In this document: positions 14,191 to 27,223 of the stretch, one piece after another
How positions within the stretch are numbered: position 1 is the first letter of the stretch
Layout of the letters: each line of letters opens with the position of its first letter
Assembly (NCBI GenBank): GCA_951406725.2
Contig: OX597816.1
Location: forward strand, 171,120,001-171,184,000
Source: Octopus vulgaris
Lineage: Eukaryota
Direction of reading: 5' to 3'
Length of the DNA: 64,000 bases
Notes under the pieces: model-generated
The model's input: the letters and a program-made list of their open reading frames with translations, nothing else
Database searches by the model: none
What the model was told of the DNA's origin: nothing
Position numbers and translations under genes: made by a program

Positions 14191-15380
14191 TATTGTGTTG
14201 AAAGAAGGAAAAAAACCTCAAAGGGAGAGGTAATGTGGTGGACGCCTCCAGGTAAGAAGTGGGCTGGTCCACTACTAAGTAGACAGACTCAGTAAGTAGT
14301 GTCTGTCAGCGAGGTACGCTGTTCAAGCCAGTCAAGCAGAAGACAAAATATGTCGTCTTAATGCGGGACATATCAGCTATCAACAATGATCAAATAGTAC
14401 TTGCCATTCACTGGTCCTGCGTAGTCTATATGTACCCTGGACCATGAACTATTCGTCTCAGACCACGACTGGTATTTCACCTATGGTACTTTGGCTGCTA
14501 CATTATTTTACCAAATTTTCAATGTTCGGTCCATTGTCGGCCAATACACGTAACTCCTCATCAAAGCTTTCATTCTTGACATCCTCGGGTGTCCACTATG
14601 AAATTCCTACAATATTCGTTTCTGTAGTGCAGTTGGTACTATCGCTTTTTTTGTGCGTACATTAATACATAATTGCAGAGTGAAAAATGGCTCGTATTTG
14701 TGTTTCTCTTTTGTTTATTTTTCAAGGTTTCCTTCACTTTTATGATGTATTTGTCCTCCGCTGACTTACCTTTTATATCTTGTACATTCACTGGCAACTC
14801 CTGAATGACATTACACATAGCGTTTAATTTCCTTTTCTTTTTCTAATGAGACTATCACCGTATCTTCCAGCGGTTTCGCATTCTTCGGAATTAGCCCTGA
14901 TAAACAATCTGTATGGCCAATTTTCTGAGCAAGAATGTGTGCCATCTTACCTCAGCATTGTAATCTGTTAGCTGTATGGGTAGGATTCCTTTCTCCGATC
15001 CGAAACTTCATAGTAACGGTCAGTGGTCCGAAAACTTCTACCGTGTAGAAATCAGCGAAATTTCTACATGACAAAAATAACTGCTACAGCTTCTTCCTGT
15101 ATCTGACTAGTTTCTTTCTGTTGCAATCAGAGCACGTGAGGCATGAACCACCGCCTTAATATTGCCGTCTTTATATTTGTGTAACAAAAATGTTTCTACG
15201 CCGTATACGGAAGCGTCAGAAGCTACAAGAATCTCCGCCGCAGACTTAAAATGAGGCAGCAACAAATCCGAAATTGATATTTTTTTTTAATATCCTGAAA
15301 CACCTTTTGACTATTTGACCATTTGACCAATTCCGTTTGGCGTCGTTCTTTAACAAATTATTTAGTGGAGCTCTCAATTA

Positions 15381-15608
15381 GAGCTGGCAGAAACGTTAGC
15401 ACGCCGGGCAAAATGCTTACCAGTATTTCGTCTGCCGACACGTTCTGAGTTCAATTTCCGCCAAGGTCGACTTTGCCTTTCATCCTTTCGGGGTCGATTA
15501 AATAAGTACCAGTTACGCACTGAGGTCGATATAATCGACTTAATCCGTTTGTCTGTCCTTGTTTGTCCTCTCTGTGTTTAGCCCCTTGTGGGTAGTAAAG
15601 AAATAGGT
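15381..15608 (+). mobile_element. SINE family A inserted in Gypsy pol
   Basis: Family A sequence interrupts the RT/RH region. Confidence 0.88.
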
Positions 15609-17361
15609 ATGTAATTTTGATAATAGTTCGCTAGACCATGAAAAGCTTGTAATGTCGCTATGTTAGTTGCGGGAGGTATACTTTTAATTGCATCTGACCC
15701 CGATGGGTCAGGTCATCTTCCGTTTTTATCTGTAATTTGTCCTAAATATCTACTATTAGGCAAAAAGAATTCACAGTTCTCCTCACTGAGTGTGAAACCA
15801 TAATCTCGTATTTCTTAAAAAACACACCTCACATTTTCGATATGCTGATCACGCGTATTCACTGTTAGAAGCTTCCAGCATTCCTCGTCTACTTTAATTT
15901 ATAGATACGCATCAGACAGATCCAATTTCGAAAATATTTTGCCACCATTTAATTTTGCAAAATTATCCTCCGGAGAAGACAGTGGGTTGTGACACATTTT
16001 TAGACAGCCATTCAAACCAGTAGAAAAATCGACACACACCCTGATTTTGTTATTTTTTTAATACACACCCACTTAGAATAATCTACTTTTTTAATAATTC
16101 GCAATTTCTTCAGTCTGTCTAATTCTTACTCTACCTGTTTTATTGCAGATAAAGGTACCTTTCAATTAGGTTTGAATACAGGTACAATGTTTTCTTTTAT
16201 TTGAAAACAGGCCTCAGTCTTAGAATTTATCTCACAGCACTTTAGGAAGCAAGATTTTAAAATTTTTTCTTTCAGTTCGGCTGCTGAGTTATTTTCACTG
16301 ATGGGACAACTATCTATTTTTTTTTTACAGAACAGACTTATGGGGGGGTCTCATAAGTCAAACAACTCCAACCAGTCCGTACCGAACAGATTGGTTGCGT
16401 ATTTTACCACGAAAACTTACTCTACAGGTTTTTCCCCGAAATATGATATGAAGTGTAGTTTTTCACCTGTCACACTACGTGCGATTTTAGATGTTTTTCT
16501 TAACGTAGCTTTCCCAGTTCTTATCCACGTGTCGGTATTAATAATTGAAATGTCGCTACCAGTATCTAGCTGTAATTTAATATTCACTTCGTTTACTTTA
16601 ACGTGTATAAATTTACTCTTTGGTGTCGCTTCTACTTTCCATTGAGAAAACTTTAGAATTTATGTTCGATCTTCCTAAATTTGCTCCACAATGTGAGCTC
16701 TTGTGTCCTACTTTTTAGAAACTGTAACATTTTTGCATTTTGAAAGGACGATCCTTCTTGAAATGTAGGGCTCCACATCAGTAGCATGGGTTTGGTCTTA
16801 ACATATTTTTTTTTAAACCTACCCGGTCGGCACGCTTCTCTTCGGAACTCTTTCTCTTCAATTTTCTTTATGTCCTGACGTAAGTTTACCATTCTTTGAC
16901 ACTCCACTGCAACTGTCTTCAGGGTGAACTTTTGTCCTCTTGTTCAAGTTTTCTGAGAATTCTTGCACGCATCTCCGCATCTTTGTTTGCCGTAAGCTCT
17001 TATACAAAAATTAGGCAAACATATCAAGAGTTAGTTCCTACAGTTTAAACCCTTCGCACATTCAGTTTATGGTCCTGGCATATGTGACAAAGCCTTCCTT
17101 CTCTCTTTTAAGTAGATCCCAACATTCCTATCGAGTTTTAAATAGGGAACTCTTATCACTGAATATTTTTTATAGTAGCAAATTTCACTAGTTTTGGCGA
17201 AGTATGAAATTACAATATTTTTCATGTTCCGCCGACGCTAATTTACGTAATAATAGTCTTACTTTTTCGTTGTCCGTCCACAACTTGCGATCTTCCCTGA
17301 AGATTTCTTCACACCTTTTAAAGTACGCTGCAAACGTTATAACTCATCTGGATCATAAATG

Positions 17362-17749
17362 GGGGGAAGCACTCCGTCGGTTACGACGATGAGGGTTCCG
17401 GTTGATCCGAAGCAACGGAACAGCCTGCTCGTGAAATTAACGTATAAGTGGCTGAGCACTCCACAGACACGTGTACCCTTAACGTAGTTCTCGGGGATAT
17501 TCAGCGTGACACAGAGAGTGACAAGACCGGCCCTTTGAAATACAGGTACAACAGAAACAGGAAGTAAGAGTGAGAGAAAGTTGTGGTGAAAGAGTACAGC
17601 AGGGATCACCACCATCCCCTGCCGGAGCCTCGTGGAGCTTTAGGTGTTTTCGCTCAATAAACACTCACAACGCCCGGTCTGGGAATCGAAACCGCGATCC
17701 TATGACCGCGAGTCCGCTGCCCTAACCACTGGGCCATTGCGCCTCCACC
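17362..17749 (-). mobile_element. SINE family C inserted in Gypsy gag
   Basis: 12-bp TSD ggatcataaatg at 17350-17361 and 17750-17761. Confidence 0.92.
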
Positions 17750-18021
17750 GGATCATAAATGAATTCTGTTATAGAGTTTGATATGCTGTCTGGCAAAAAC
17801 GAACTTATAGTGTTTCCGGGCTTCTTAAGACATAGCTCCATTAACCGTTGTTGTTTTTCTTGTTGTTGAAGTAGTTGTTACTGCAACTCCGGTTGCTGTT
17901 CTTGCTGCTGGTATTGCAACTGCAGTATAGAAGCTAATGGGTCTTCTATCATTAATGCCTTTGTATCACAAAATAGTTGTTAACTAACCTGCGTGAGCTT
18001 CGAATCCTCGTCGCCAATTAT

Positions 18022-18330
18022 TGTAACGTAGTTACTCGTTGTCAATTATTCTAGTATCGCCACTATTTGTGACGTTACTTGTTTACACTATAACCGTGTA
18101 GTAACAATAAAATATATAACGAAGCAAGGTAACAACAATGTAACAATCCAACAAACTCTCCACGAATTATACACGAGCCAACAATCGATATTCCGACAAA
18201 GGACCAAAACGACACCTTACGACTTCCTGCGGTTAACACCTGCTCTCTGTCTCCCACTCCGACCACTGCTCTTTACAGTCGTTCGATCGAGTCTATTCTC
18301 GCAAGGAGTGTGGTGATTCTAGCCATAACA
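18022..18330 (-). repeat. probable 5' LTR of the Gypsy element
   Basis: TGTTA...TTACA on the minus strand, immediately upstream of the PBS. No partner LTR seen. Confidence 0.6.
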
Positions 18331-19489
18331 GTTATAGTTAGAAAGTCTTTGAAAATATTTATACAACTCTTCCTGAACTTAAAACCATGACATTGCAGCT
18401 CATATGGCTTGACACTGCCTGGCCATCAGTCCTTGTGCATGACTGAACATTGTGGATGTTTACATATCTTAGGACATTCAAAAGAAATAACCCGGTATGG
18501 TCGGTGACCCCAGCTGCGTCATACTCCCTATGAACAGTGAGTCATTTTCTCTTTTTACTTAGAAGGAATCTTTGCGAAATAAGAGTGGTTTCCTAGCGTT
18601 CATAATCATTGGGATATCAAGGTCGCAAATTACAATGAATTGTCTATTAAAGTATAAAGTCTTCAGTGGGAGGGATTTCAGTTTTGAAAAATAGAAATCT
18701 ACGATTTCAAGGGCTGCTTTGTTCTCAATGCTACAGAAACAATTGATTATAGGAACACTAAAATTCCACTGGATCTATAATTTAGCTCTTCTAGTGTCTG
18801 AGTTTATAGCATCTAGAGTACACTTACAATGTCTGTCTCACTCTGAGAGGAGTTGATTAGCTTATATTGAGGACTGGAAAAGTAGTTGTGATGTAGTCGT
18901 TAAGAGGGAAAATTCCGACTCCTTTTCTCGCTTAACCTATTAATTCCAACCATCGAAATAACCACCTAACACTTCTCCTCTCCAGAGTATCTTTTACAAG
19001 GGCCTCCTTGCTCATCCGAAGTTCATTATTGCTCTTCTGCCTCCGTGTGAAAGTCTTTATGCTCCTCTGCGACGAACATAAATAAGAAAATTTAAATATA
19101 TTATTGTTGTCACCATAAGGACATACCACCTTAGACCTAGACATATTCCACCTATATATTATATTTCAAACTACTGTCGCTCATGCTTGATCATGCAGAC
19201 TCAAATGTAACAACCTCACACCATCCAATCGGAGTAACTGTTGTTGAAATGTCACACACCGCAAAAACCGAGTGGGTAACTCCTATTGAAAGAACTGATG
19301 TCGCTAAGGAGCCAAAACAATCAAGTGACATGAAAATACCAAGACAGACAGGAATACTCTCACATAGAACTCATTTTAAATTACTTTTTAATTCTCTTCA
19401 CTCGGACTCACAATATTTGGTGATGCGAACTATTTCTGCGGCCACGAAACATTAAGTAATGTGAACCTGGATCGATCTGTGTGCGTGGG

Positions 19490-19571
<82 letters not shown>

Positions 19572-20118
19572 GTGAAGAAAAAGAAGTGGAGAAGGAGGAG
19601 GAGGAGGAGGAGGAGGAGGAATGAATGAATAGAAAGAAGTGAATGATGGAAAACATGGGATGAGCAGGATGAGGAAAAAGAAAGAAGAGAAGAAAGGAGG
19701 AACAATAAGGATGAAGATGACATCGAGAGTAAAAATGACGAAAGAGAATTTCTTTTCTTCCAAAGAAAATTAATGCTTAAAACTTTTATGGTTTGAAGAA
19801 TCATAGACTTTTCACTTGAAAAATATTAGTTGATTTGACAAAGTGTTTAAGATATTTTTAATGTCAAAGACGTTGTGTAGCCTAAAACAACATTTAAGCG
19901 AAAGCATCAATATAAGAAATCAATAAAAGAAATGAAAAGATTACGGTCAATTTTACTTATGTAACTCTTACAGTAAACGGAAAGAGTATCTTTTAAAGTT
20001 TTTTTTATAAATCACTAAAACTCTGCGGGTGCCTAAGTTATAAATAAATGCCTATATAAACCATTCTTCATTGTATTGTTTCGTGTCTATAGATTTAAAA
20101 GAGTACTAAAGGATATGA

Positions 20119-20534
20119 GGATCTTTTCGGTTTGAACGGCAGTTTTTAACATAATTTCTTGGTAACTAAAAAATGTTAAACTTCGTATACTGGTAGAATG
20201 TGTTTATAAAACATATTTTTCTCTTGGCTTTATTGAGAAAATTCTATAGTTTGTAAGATATTTGTTGTTGTTTTTCTTCAATTTCTGCAATTTCAACCAA
20301 TCAATGACTGTCTATTGAGGTGAAAACATTCTGTGTCGTATGAATATGTCCCTCGTTTAAGAAACAGATTGGGTTTATTTAGATTTCTGAAGAAAAAAGA
20401 TACGCTTCTCCCCACTCCTAACCCTAACCCTAAAACAGATTTAAATGCAATAGATCGATACTAGGGTCATAATTATGGGTGACAATTTCATATGACACCG
20501 CTAGAAAAAACTGCCGTTCAAACCGAAAAGATCC
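20119..20534. mobile_element. MITE (GG...CC TIRs), inverted relative to the 24650 copy
   Basis: ~29-bp TIR ggatcttttcggtttgaacggcagttttt at both ends; no clean TSD. Confidence 0.88.
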
Positions 20535-20809
20535 AAAGAATTTATTATAGAAATGCTTACAGCGTATCGTTAATTCCTTTTATGTTAATTAGGTTACTCT
20601 GTGACGTAAGTATTTGGAGGGACTCCTCTAAGCAAAGTTCGCATTTTAGCGACCCCGAAACGATGAAAATGCAACCAGTCATAATAATTCCATCAAGGTT
20701 CCCTCTCTGCTAGTGTGAAGGCATTCTTTTTTTACTTCATACAGCAGAATCTTATTCTTTTCTCCATACTGACGGATTTCTGTGAATTTTCTTTATGCGT
20801 ACATATGTG

Positions 20810-20858
20810 TATGAGAGAGAGAGGGTGGTGTGTGTGAGAAAGTGAGTAAGTGTAGTGA

Positions 20859-20894
<36 letters not shown>

Positions 20895-20926
20895 GGGTGG
20901 TGTGTGTGAGAGAGTGAGAAAGTGTA

Positions 20927-20979
<53 letters not shown>

Positions 20980-21019
20980 GGTGGTGTGTGTGAGAGAGTG
21001 AGAAAGTGTAGTGAGTGTA

Positions 21020-21051
<32 letters not shown>

Positions 21052-21100
21052 TGTGTACGCGTGTGTGTGTGAGAGAGAGAGGGTGGTGTGTGTGAGAACA
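20810..21100. repeat. compound GA/GT minisatellite (GAGGGTGGTGTGTGTGAGAGAGTGAGAAAGTGTAGTGAG unit, ~4 copies)
   Basis: Seen directly. Confidence 0.85.
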
Positions 21101-21341
21101 CCTGTCGTCATTATGACATTTCCCTTCCCAAAAACTGATATGAACATCACCCGAAACCAGTCGCATTGGGTAATAAAATTACTATTTTGTGAGAATTTAC
21201 CATCCATACTGACAGACAGATAAATGCCTACAGACTTCATATTATTATCAAGGATCATTGACAAAATGCCTCCTATCCAGTAGATATGACAGTACTAGCT
21301 GATCGATATAGCTCAGTCAAAAAATTATAGAAGTTAGCTAA

Positions 21342-21500
21342 AGGCGCAGGAGTGGCTGTGTGGTAAGTAGCTTGCTTACCAACCACATGGTTCCGGGTTC
21401 AGTCCCACTGCGTGGCACCTTGGGCAAGTGCTATAGCCTTGGGCCGATTAAAGCCTTGTGAGTGGATTTGGTAGACGGAAACTGAAAGAAGCCCGTCGTA

Positions 21501-21532
<32 letters not shown>

Positions 21533-21940
21533 GGCGCGGGAGTGGCTGTGTGGTAAGTAGCTTGCTAACCAACCACATGGTTCCGGGTTCAGTCCCACTG
21601 CGTGGCATCTTGGGCAAGTGTCTTCTGCTATAGCCCCGGGCCGACCAATGCCTTGTGAGTGGATTTGGTAGACGAAAACTGAAAGAAGCCTGTCGTATAT
21701 ATGTATATATATATGAGTGTATGTGTTTGTGTGTCTGTGTTTGTCCCCCTAGCATTGCTTGACAACCGATGCTGGTGTGTTTATGTCCCCGTCACTTAGC
21801 GGTTCGGCAAAAAGAGACCGATAGAATAAGTACTGGGCTTACAAAGAATAAGTCCCGGGGTAGATTTGCTCGACTAAAAGGCGGTGCTCCAGTATGGCCG
21901 CAGTCAAATGACTGAAACAAGTAAAAGAGTAAAAGAGTAA
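21342..21940 (+). mobile_element. SINE family B: 5' half-copy followed by a full copy
   Basis: Head occurs at 21342 and again at ~21531, after a TA run. Confidence 0.9.
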
Positions 21941-22227
21941 ATACAAGACCCTAGAAATAGAAATCAGCAGAATTTGAGAGCTAAAAATATTTATTCTTAC
22001 CGGTAGTAGTAAGAGCACTAGGTATAATTAAGAGAGGCTCTTCAATTTTCATTGATAAAATACCTGAAAAATCAAATACACACGATGTCCAAAACCTTGC
22101 ACTGACCTCAACAGCCCATCTCTTGATAATATTCCTATTTTTATAACGTAGTTAATAACTTTAGATCTCGGGTAGGGACCCCGCTAGTAACTAAAATACC
22201 CCCGAAATCATGCTATTTTATAAAATA

Positions 22228-22553
22228 GAAGAAGAAGAAGAAGAAGAAGAAGAAGAAGAAGAAGAAGAAGAAGAAGAAGGGTGATGATGATGATGCTGAG
22301 GAGGAGGAGGAGGAGGAGAAGAAGAAGAAGAAGAAGAAGAAGAAGAAGAAGAAGAAGAAGAAGAAGAAGAAGAAGAAGAAGAAGGGTGATGATGATGATG
22401 ATGATGAGGAGAAGAAGAAGAAGAAGAAGAAGAAGAAGAAGAAGAAGAAGAAGAAGAAGGGTGATGATGATGATGATGATGATGATGAGAAGAAGAAGAA
22501 GAAGAAGAAGAAGAAGAAGAAGAAGAAGAAGAAGAAGAAGAAGAAGAAGAAGA
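22228..22553. repeat. (GAA)n interrupted three times by GG(TGA)n
   Basis: Seen directly. Confidence 0.95.
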
Positions 22554-22591
22554 ATTTCATAGCAATCACTTTATGAATACGCTGTAACGTA

Positions 22592-23881
22592 CGAGGGACG
22601 TTCAATAAGTAATGCCTCTGACCCACTTGCAGTTGTTTGATCTAGCTGAAATTTTTCATGTGCAATTATTTATATCTCTATAGAGTAAGTGGCAAATTAC
22701 AGCTCTGAACTAATTGTGGTTTCTGATTTACAGGTATTTGAACTGATTCAAGTGTGAAATGGAGCCTGTTGAGTGTCGAGCAGTGATCCGGTTTTTGTAT
22801 TTGAAAGGACGCACACCACGGGAGACTTTTGATGAAATGAAAGTAACTTATGGTGATGATGCCCCATCATATGACCTTGTAAAACGCTGGCATCATGAAT
22901 TCAAACATGGTCGGAACTCTGTGGAAACAGCTCTCAGATCTGGTCGCCCCCTTCTGCCATTGATGAGGCATCTGTCCGTCAAGTTGAGGCTGCCATTTTG
23001 GAAGATCGACGCATGACTATTCGCCAAATAGCCCATGAGGTCAAGATTAGTACCGGGTCTGTGGAAACTATCATTCATGACCATTTGCATATGCAAAAGG
23101 TGTCTGCCAGATGGATTCCCAGGTTGCTCACACCTTTCCAGAAGCAAGAACGCGTCGATTGCTCGAGGATGAATTTGGAGATGTGCCAAGAAGATGAGTC
23201 AAAATTTTTCAAAAGACTGATTACACAGGATGAAACCTGGCTCCATCACGATGATCCAGAGACCAAAGCCCAGTCAATGCAGTGGAAGCACCGTGACTCA
23301 ACCCCTCCAAAGAAGGCAAGGGTGCAGCCCTCCGCTGGCAAGGTCATGCTCACAGTCTTCTGGGACCAGGACAGAGTAGTGATGACAGATTTCCTGGCAA
23401 AGGGTGCCACAATTGCAAGAGCCTATTATGCTTCACTTTTGAGGAAATTAAGAGAAGTTATCAAAACAAGAGGCGGGGCAAGATCGGCAAAGGCATCCTC
23501 CTCCTGCGGGACAACGCTCCGGTCCACAACTCGCTTGTCGCCAGATCAGAAGCACAGGCGTATGGCTATGAACTCCTCCCCATCCCCCCTACTTTCCTGA
23601 CCTTTCACCCTCTGATTTTCACCTCTTCCCAGTCATGAAGTTGTTTTTGAAAGGAAAGCGTTTCCCAGATGATGCAGCCTTGATTTCTGAAGTCACGTCG
23701 TGGTTGGAGGACCAAGCTGGGGTCTTCTACAAAAACGGTCTCCAGAGCCGCATCAAACGATGGGAGAAATGTGTAACTCTGGGTGGTTCCTATGTAGAAA
23801 AAGACTAATAACTGTGCCAAGTTTCGTTGCTCTACTTCTATGGGAAGTGGGTCAGAGGCATTACTTATTGAAAGCCCCTCG
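22592..23881 (+). mobile_element. full-length mariner (irritans-like, DD34D), frameshifted transposase
   Basis: TA TSDs; TIR CGAGGG..GTTCAATAAGTAATGCC. Motifs WIPRLL, ITQDETW, SAGKVMLTVFWD, DNA, PDLSPSDFHLF. Confidence 0.95.
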
Positions 23882-24140
23882 TATAGCTTAGAATAGGTGT
23901 TCTCCTAAAAGATTGAACAGAAAGGATGGTCTCCTACTCCCAGCTTCCAAAATTATAACATTTGAAGAGAACACTGGACTAATAAAGGTTTTTATTAACG
24001 AGTTTCACTACTGCTGCATATACGTGAGCAGCACTTTAAAACAGATCTATAGATTATGGAGAAATACTCGTTCAAGTGAGAGATATTATGGCAAATACGT
24101 TTGTCATCATACTCGTCTCTATCTTGCACTGGATATATAC

Positions 24141-24223
<83 letters not shown>

Positions 24224-24649
24224 GTGCGTACGTTGCAATCCAGTCTCAACTTCTCGGAGGAAAGTTATTTATTGCGTACAAACTTCCACCTGTCTTACAA
24301 AGTTCTGGAAAAAAATTTTAAGGAACTTTTACGTGAATAGCAGCTTGAAATTACGTATAAGAAACATGACAATGATATGTCAATAATCAATATGACTATA
24401 ATTTCCTGCAAATGACAGCAGAAAATAGAAGAAATTACTCTTGTTAGTCATGGACTAAATATCGAAATGGAAAGATTGTAAGAGAACATGTCCGATTCTT
24501 CATTTGTAAACAGTTCACATGGAAGGATGCATAAGCGCGTCTTAGAAAAAGTATATGCTTATATGTACAATATAGCTTTATGCTTAAACACAGATATATT
24601 CCTAGAAAATAGCAATAATTCGGTGTGTATATGAATGAGTAGTCTCTCG

Positions 24650-25065
24650 GGATCTTTTCGGTTTGAACGGCAGTTTTTTCTAGCAGTGTCATATGAAATT
24701 GTCACCCATAATTATGACCCTAGTATCGATCTATTGCATTTCAATCTGTTTTAGGGTTAGGATTAGGGGTGGGGGGAAGGGTATCTTATTTTCTTCACAA
24801 ATGTAAATAAACCCAATATGTTTCTTAAACGAGGGACATATTCATATGGCACAGAATGCTTTTTACCTCAATAGACGTCAGTGATTGGTTGAAATTGCAG
24901 AAATTGAAGAAAAAAACAACAAATATCTTACAAACTATAGAATTTTCTCAATAAAGCCAAGAGAAAAAGATGTTTTATAAACACATTCTACCAGTATACG
25001 AAGTTTAAAATTTTTTAGTTACCTAGAAATTGTGTTAAAAACTGCCGTTCAAACCGAAAAGATCC
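24650..25065. mobile_element. intact MITE, Merlin-type (GG...CC termini, 8-bp TSD)
   Basis: TIRs ggatcttttcggtttgaacggcagttttt / aaaaactgccgttcaaaccgaaaagatcc; TSD gtctctcg at 24642-24649 and 25066-25073. Superfamily is inferred. Confidence 0.88.
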
Positions 25066-25398
25066 GTCTCTCGGAGTTTTTAACTTCGAATATCAGTAAA
25101 CATTTTCCCAAAGAAACTCATAATGAATCTCCCAAATCGTAAATAGAAAAAAGAATTAAATGATGACATAACTACCAATAGTAACATATGAAAGAAACAA
25201 AACCTATGAGATGATATAGTTATTTCTTTAATTATATCAGAATTCTTTCATATAACCAGCTGAATATATTTTAAATTAGATAATAGATTCTATGTATCTG
25301 CTACATAGAATCTCAATAAGCTTTAGGAAAGCGGAATTGAGTCTCCTGCGCCCCAAATTTAAGTCACCATCAAAACATTAACAGGTTACATGGATATA

Positions 25399-25810
25399 AG
25401 GCGGCGAGCTGGCAGAAACGTTAGCACGCCGAGCGAAATGCTTAGCGGTATTTCGTCTGCGTTACGTTGTGAGTTCGAATTCCGCCGAGGTACTTTGCCT
25501 TTCATCCTTTCGGGGGTCGATAAATTAAGTACCAGTTACGCACTGGGGTTGATGTAATCGACTTAATACCTATGTCTGTCCTTGTTTGTCCCCTCTGTGT
25601 TTAGCCCCTTGTGGGTAGTAAAGAAATAGGTATTTCGTCTGCGTTTCGTTGTGAGTTCAAATTCCGCCGAGATCGACTTTGCCTTTCATCCTTTCGGGGT
25701 CGATAAATTAAGTACCAGTTACGCACTGGGGTCGATGTAATCGACTTAATACCTATGTCTGTCCTTGTTTGTCACCTTTGTGTTTAATCCCTTGTGGGTA
25801 ATAAAGAAAT
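25399..25810 (+). mobile_element. SINE family A with tandem duplication of its 3' ~180 bp
   Basis: 15-bp TSD aggttacatggatat at 25383-25397 and 25811-25825 encloses both units. Confidence 0.9.
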
Positions 25811-26032
25811 AGGTTACATGGATATGGTTATACGTCTGTTCACTATTTTAGATCCATTTTTTCTGCTAAGTTGAGATAGATAATTTTACAAACTTGGAAA
25901 ACTTGGATATTGTTTGGATTTCCGTTTTAGCAGTTAGATGCCTGAACTTTTGCTTTTTAAATATTAAACTATATAGCTTAAAGCAAACATAGGGCTTCAT
26001 CTAATCAGATAAATCATAAATAAATAATTTAT

Positions 26033-26430
26033 TAATAGTTATCGCCAAACTAATATGGCAGTCCATAAATATAAGACTAAAGCTATCGCTGATTAGCTCC
26101 AAGAGGCCATCGCCTCTAGCTAGCTATATGACACACGAACCTGCGTCCATTATAACCTTCGAACAGGGGAGGTCAGCCGCTTAACCTTGCTGGTCAGACA
26201 TCTGCAGACATGTTTCAGGGTTGTTGCCCTTTATCAATGCAGCGTAGTCAGACCCAGCAGGTGTCGCTACCGACCGTCTGTTCGAAGATTTTATTTACCT
26301 AGTTACAGTGGAATACATCCACTTGTTTTCAATAATAGAAATATTAAAATTACTAAGTCTCTCTATAGGAGATTACGGCAGCGTTACTGGATAGTAATAG
26401 TTATCGCCAAACTAATATGGCAGTCCATAA
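26033..26430 (-). mobile_element. terminally redundant 362-bp HHR-bearing unit (retrozyme/Penelope pLTR-like)
   Basis: 36-bp direct repeats at 26033-26068 and 26395-26430, with a central HHR. Confidence 0.7.
26202..26242 (-). ncRNA. type I minimal hammerhead ribozyme, U3-A8 core variant
   Basis: cugca UUGAUAA aggg-caacaa-cccu GAAA caug UC ugcag: perfect stems I and II, palindromic stem III (acaugu). Confidence 0.75.
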
Positions 26431-26582
26431 TTTATTTTTTACGTATAAATATTGAAATAGTAAGCGCTAGAATTGTAATAACCTGCCAGTACTATTCGAG
26501 AAATTAAACTAATTCTGTTTAAAAAGGTAGTGAGAAATACAATTAAAAAACAAAGAGGACTAAGATTTTATAAATATTGCTT

Positions 26583-26726
<144 letters not shown>

Positions 26727-26815
26727 GATCTCAAATGCATGTGATTCTATAAAAAATAGCAGAATTGGATTGACCGTCTACCGTTTCTCAAATAAGTTTT
26801 TAAAAATTATAGCAT

Positions 26816-27223
26816 GGCGCAGGAGTGGCTGTGTGGTAAGTAGCTTGTTTACCAACCACATGGTTCTGGGTTCAGTCTCACTGAGTGGCACCTTGGGCAA
26901 GTGTCTTCTACTATAGCCTCGGGCCGACCAAAGCCTTGTGAGTGGATTTCGTAGACGGAAACTGAAAGAAGCCCGTCGTATATATGTATATATATATATA
27001 TGCGTGTGTATGTTTGTGTGTCTGTGTTTGCTACCTTAGCATTGCTTGACAACCGATGCTGGTGTGTTTGTGTCCCCGTTACTTAGCGGTTCGGCAAAAG
27101 AGACCGATAGAATAAGTACTGGGCTTACAAAAGAATAGGTCCCGGGGTCGAGTTGCTCGATTAAAGGCGGTGCTCCAGCATGGCCGCAGTCAAATGACTG
27201 AAACAAGTAAAAGAGTAAAAGAG
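26816..27223 (+). mobile_element. SINE family B
   Basis: Full copy with AGTAAAAG tail. Confidence 0.9.

Larger units (their letters stand above)
14372..18330 (-). mobile_element. decayed Gypsy LTR retrotransposon (gag-PR-RT-RH-IN), 3'-truncated
   Basis: Minus-strand motifs: protease LQLDTGSDISII (~16560), RT RVCVDFSTGLN and KIFSKLDLSDAY (~15900-16040), RNase H ASDASVYGV (~15210), integrase RVHIDYAGPVNGKYYLIIVD (~14380-14440). PBS TGGCGACGAG at 18016-18007. Confidence 0.9.

Noticed and set aside
14220-14372. Possible PPT + 3' LTR
   Set aside because: Does not match the LTR at 18022-18330 and is on the wrong strand for that element; no partner found.
22213-22626. Poly-Arg / poly-Phe ORFs
   Set aside because: (GAA)n/(TGA)n microsatellite.
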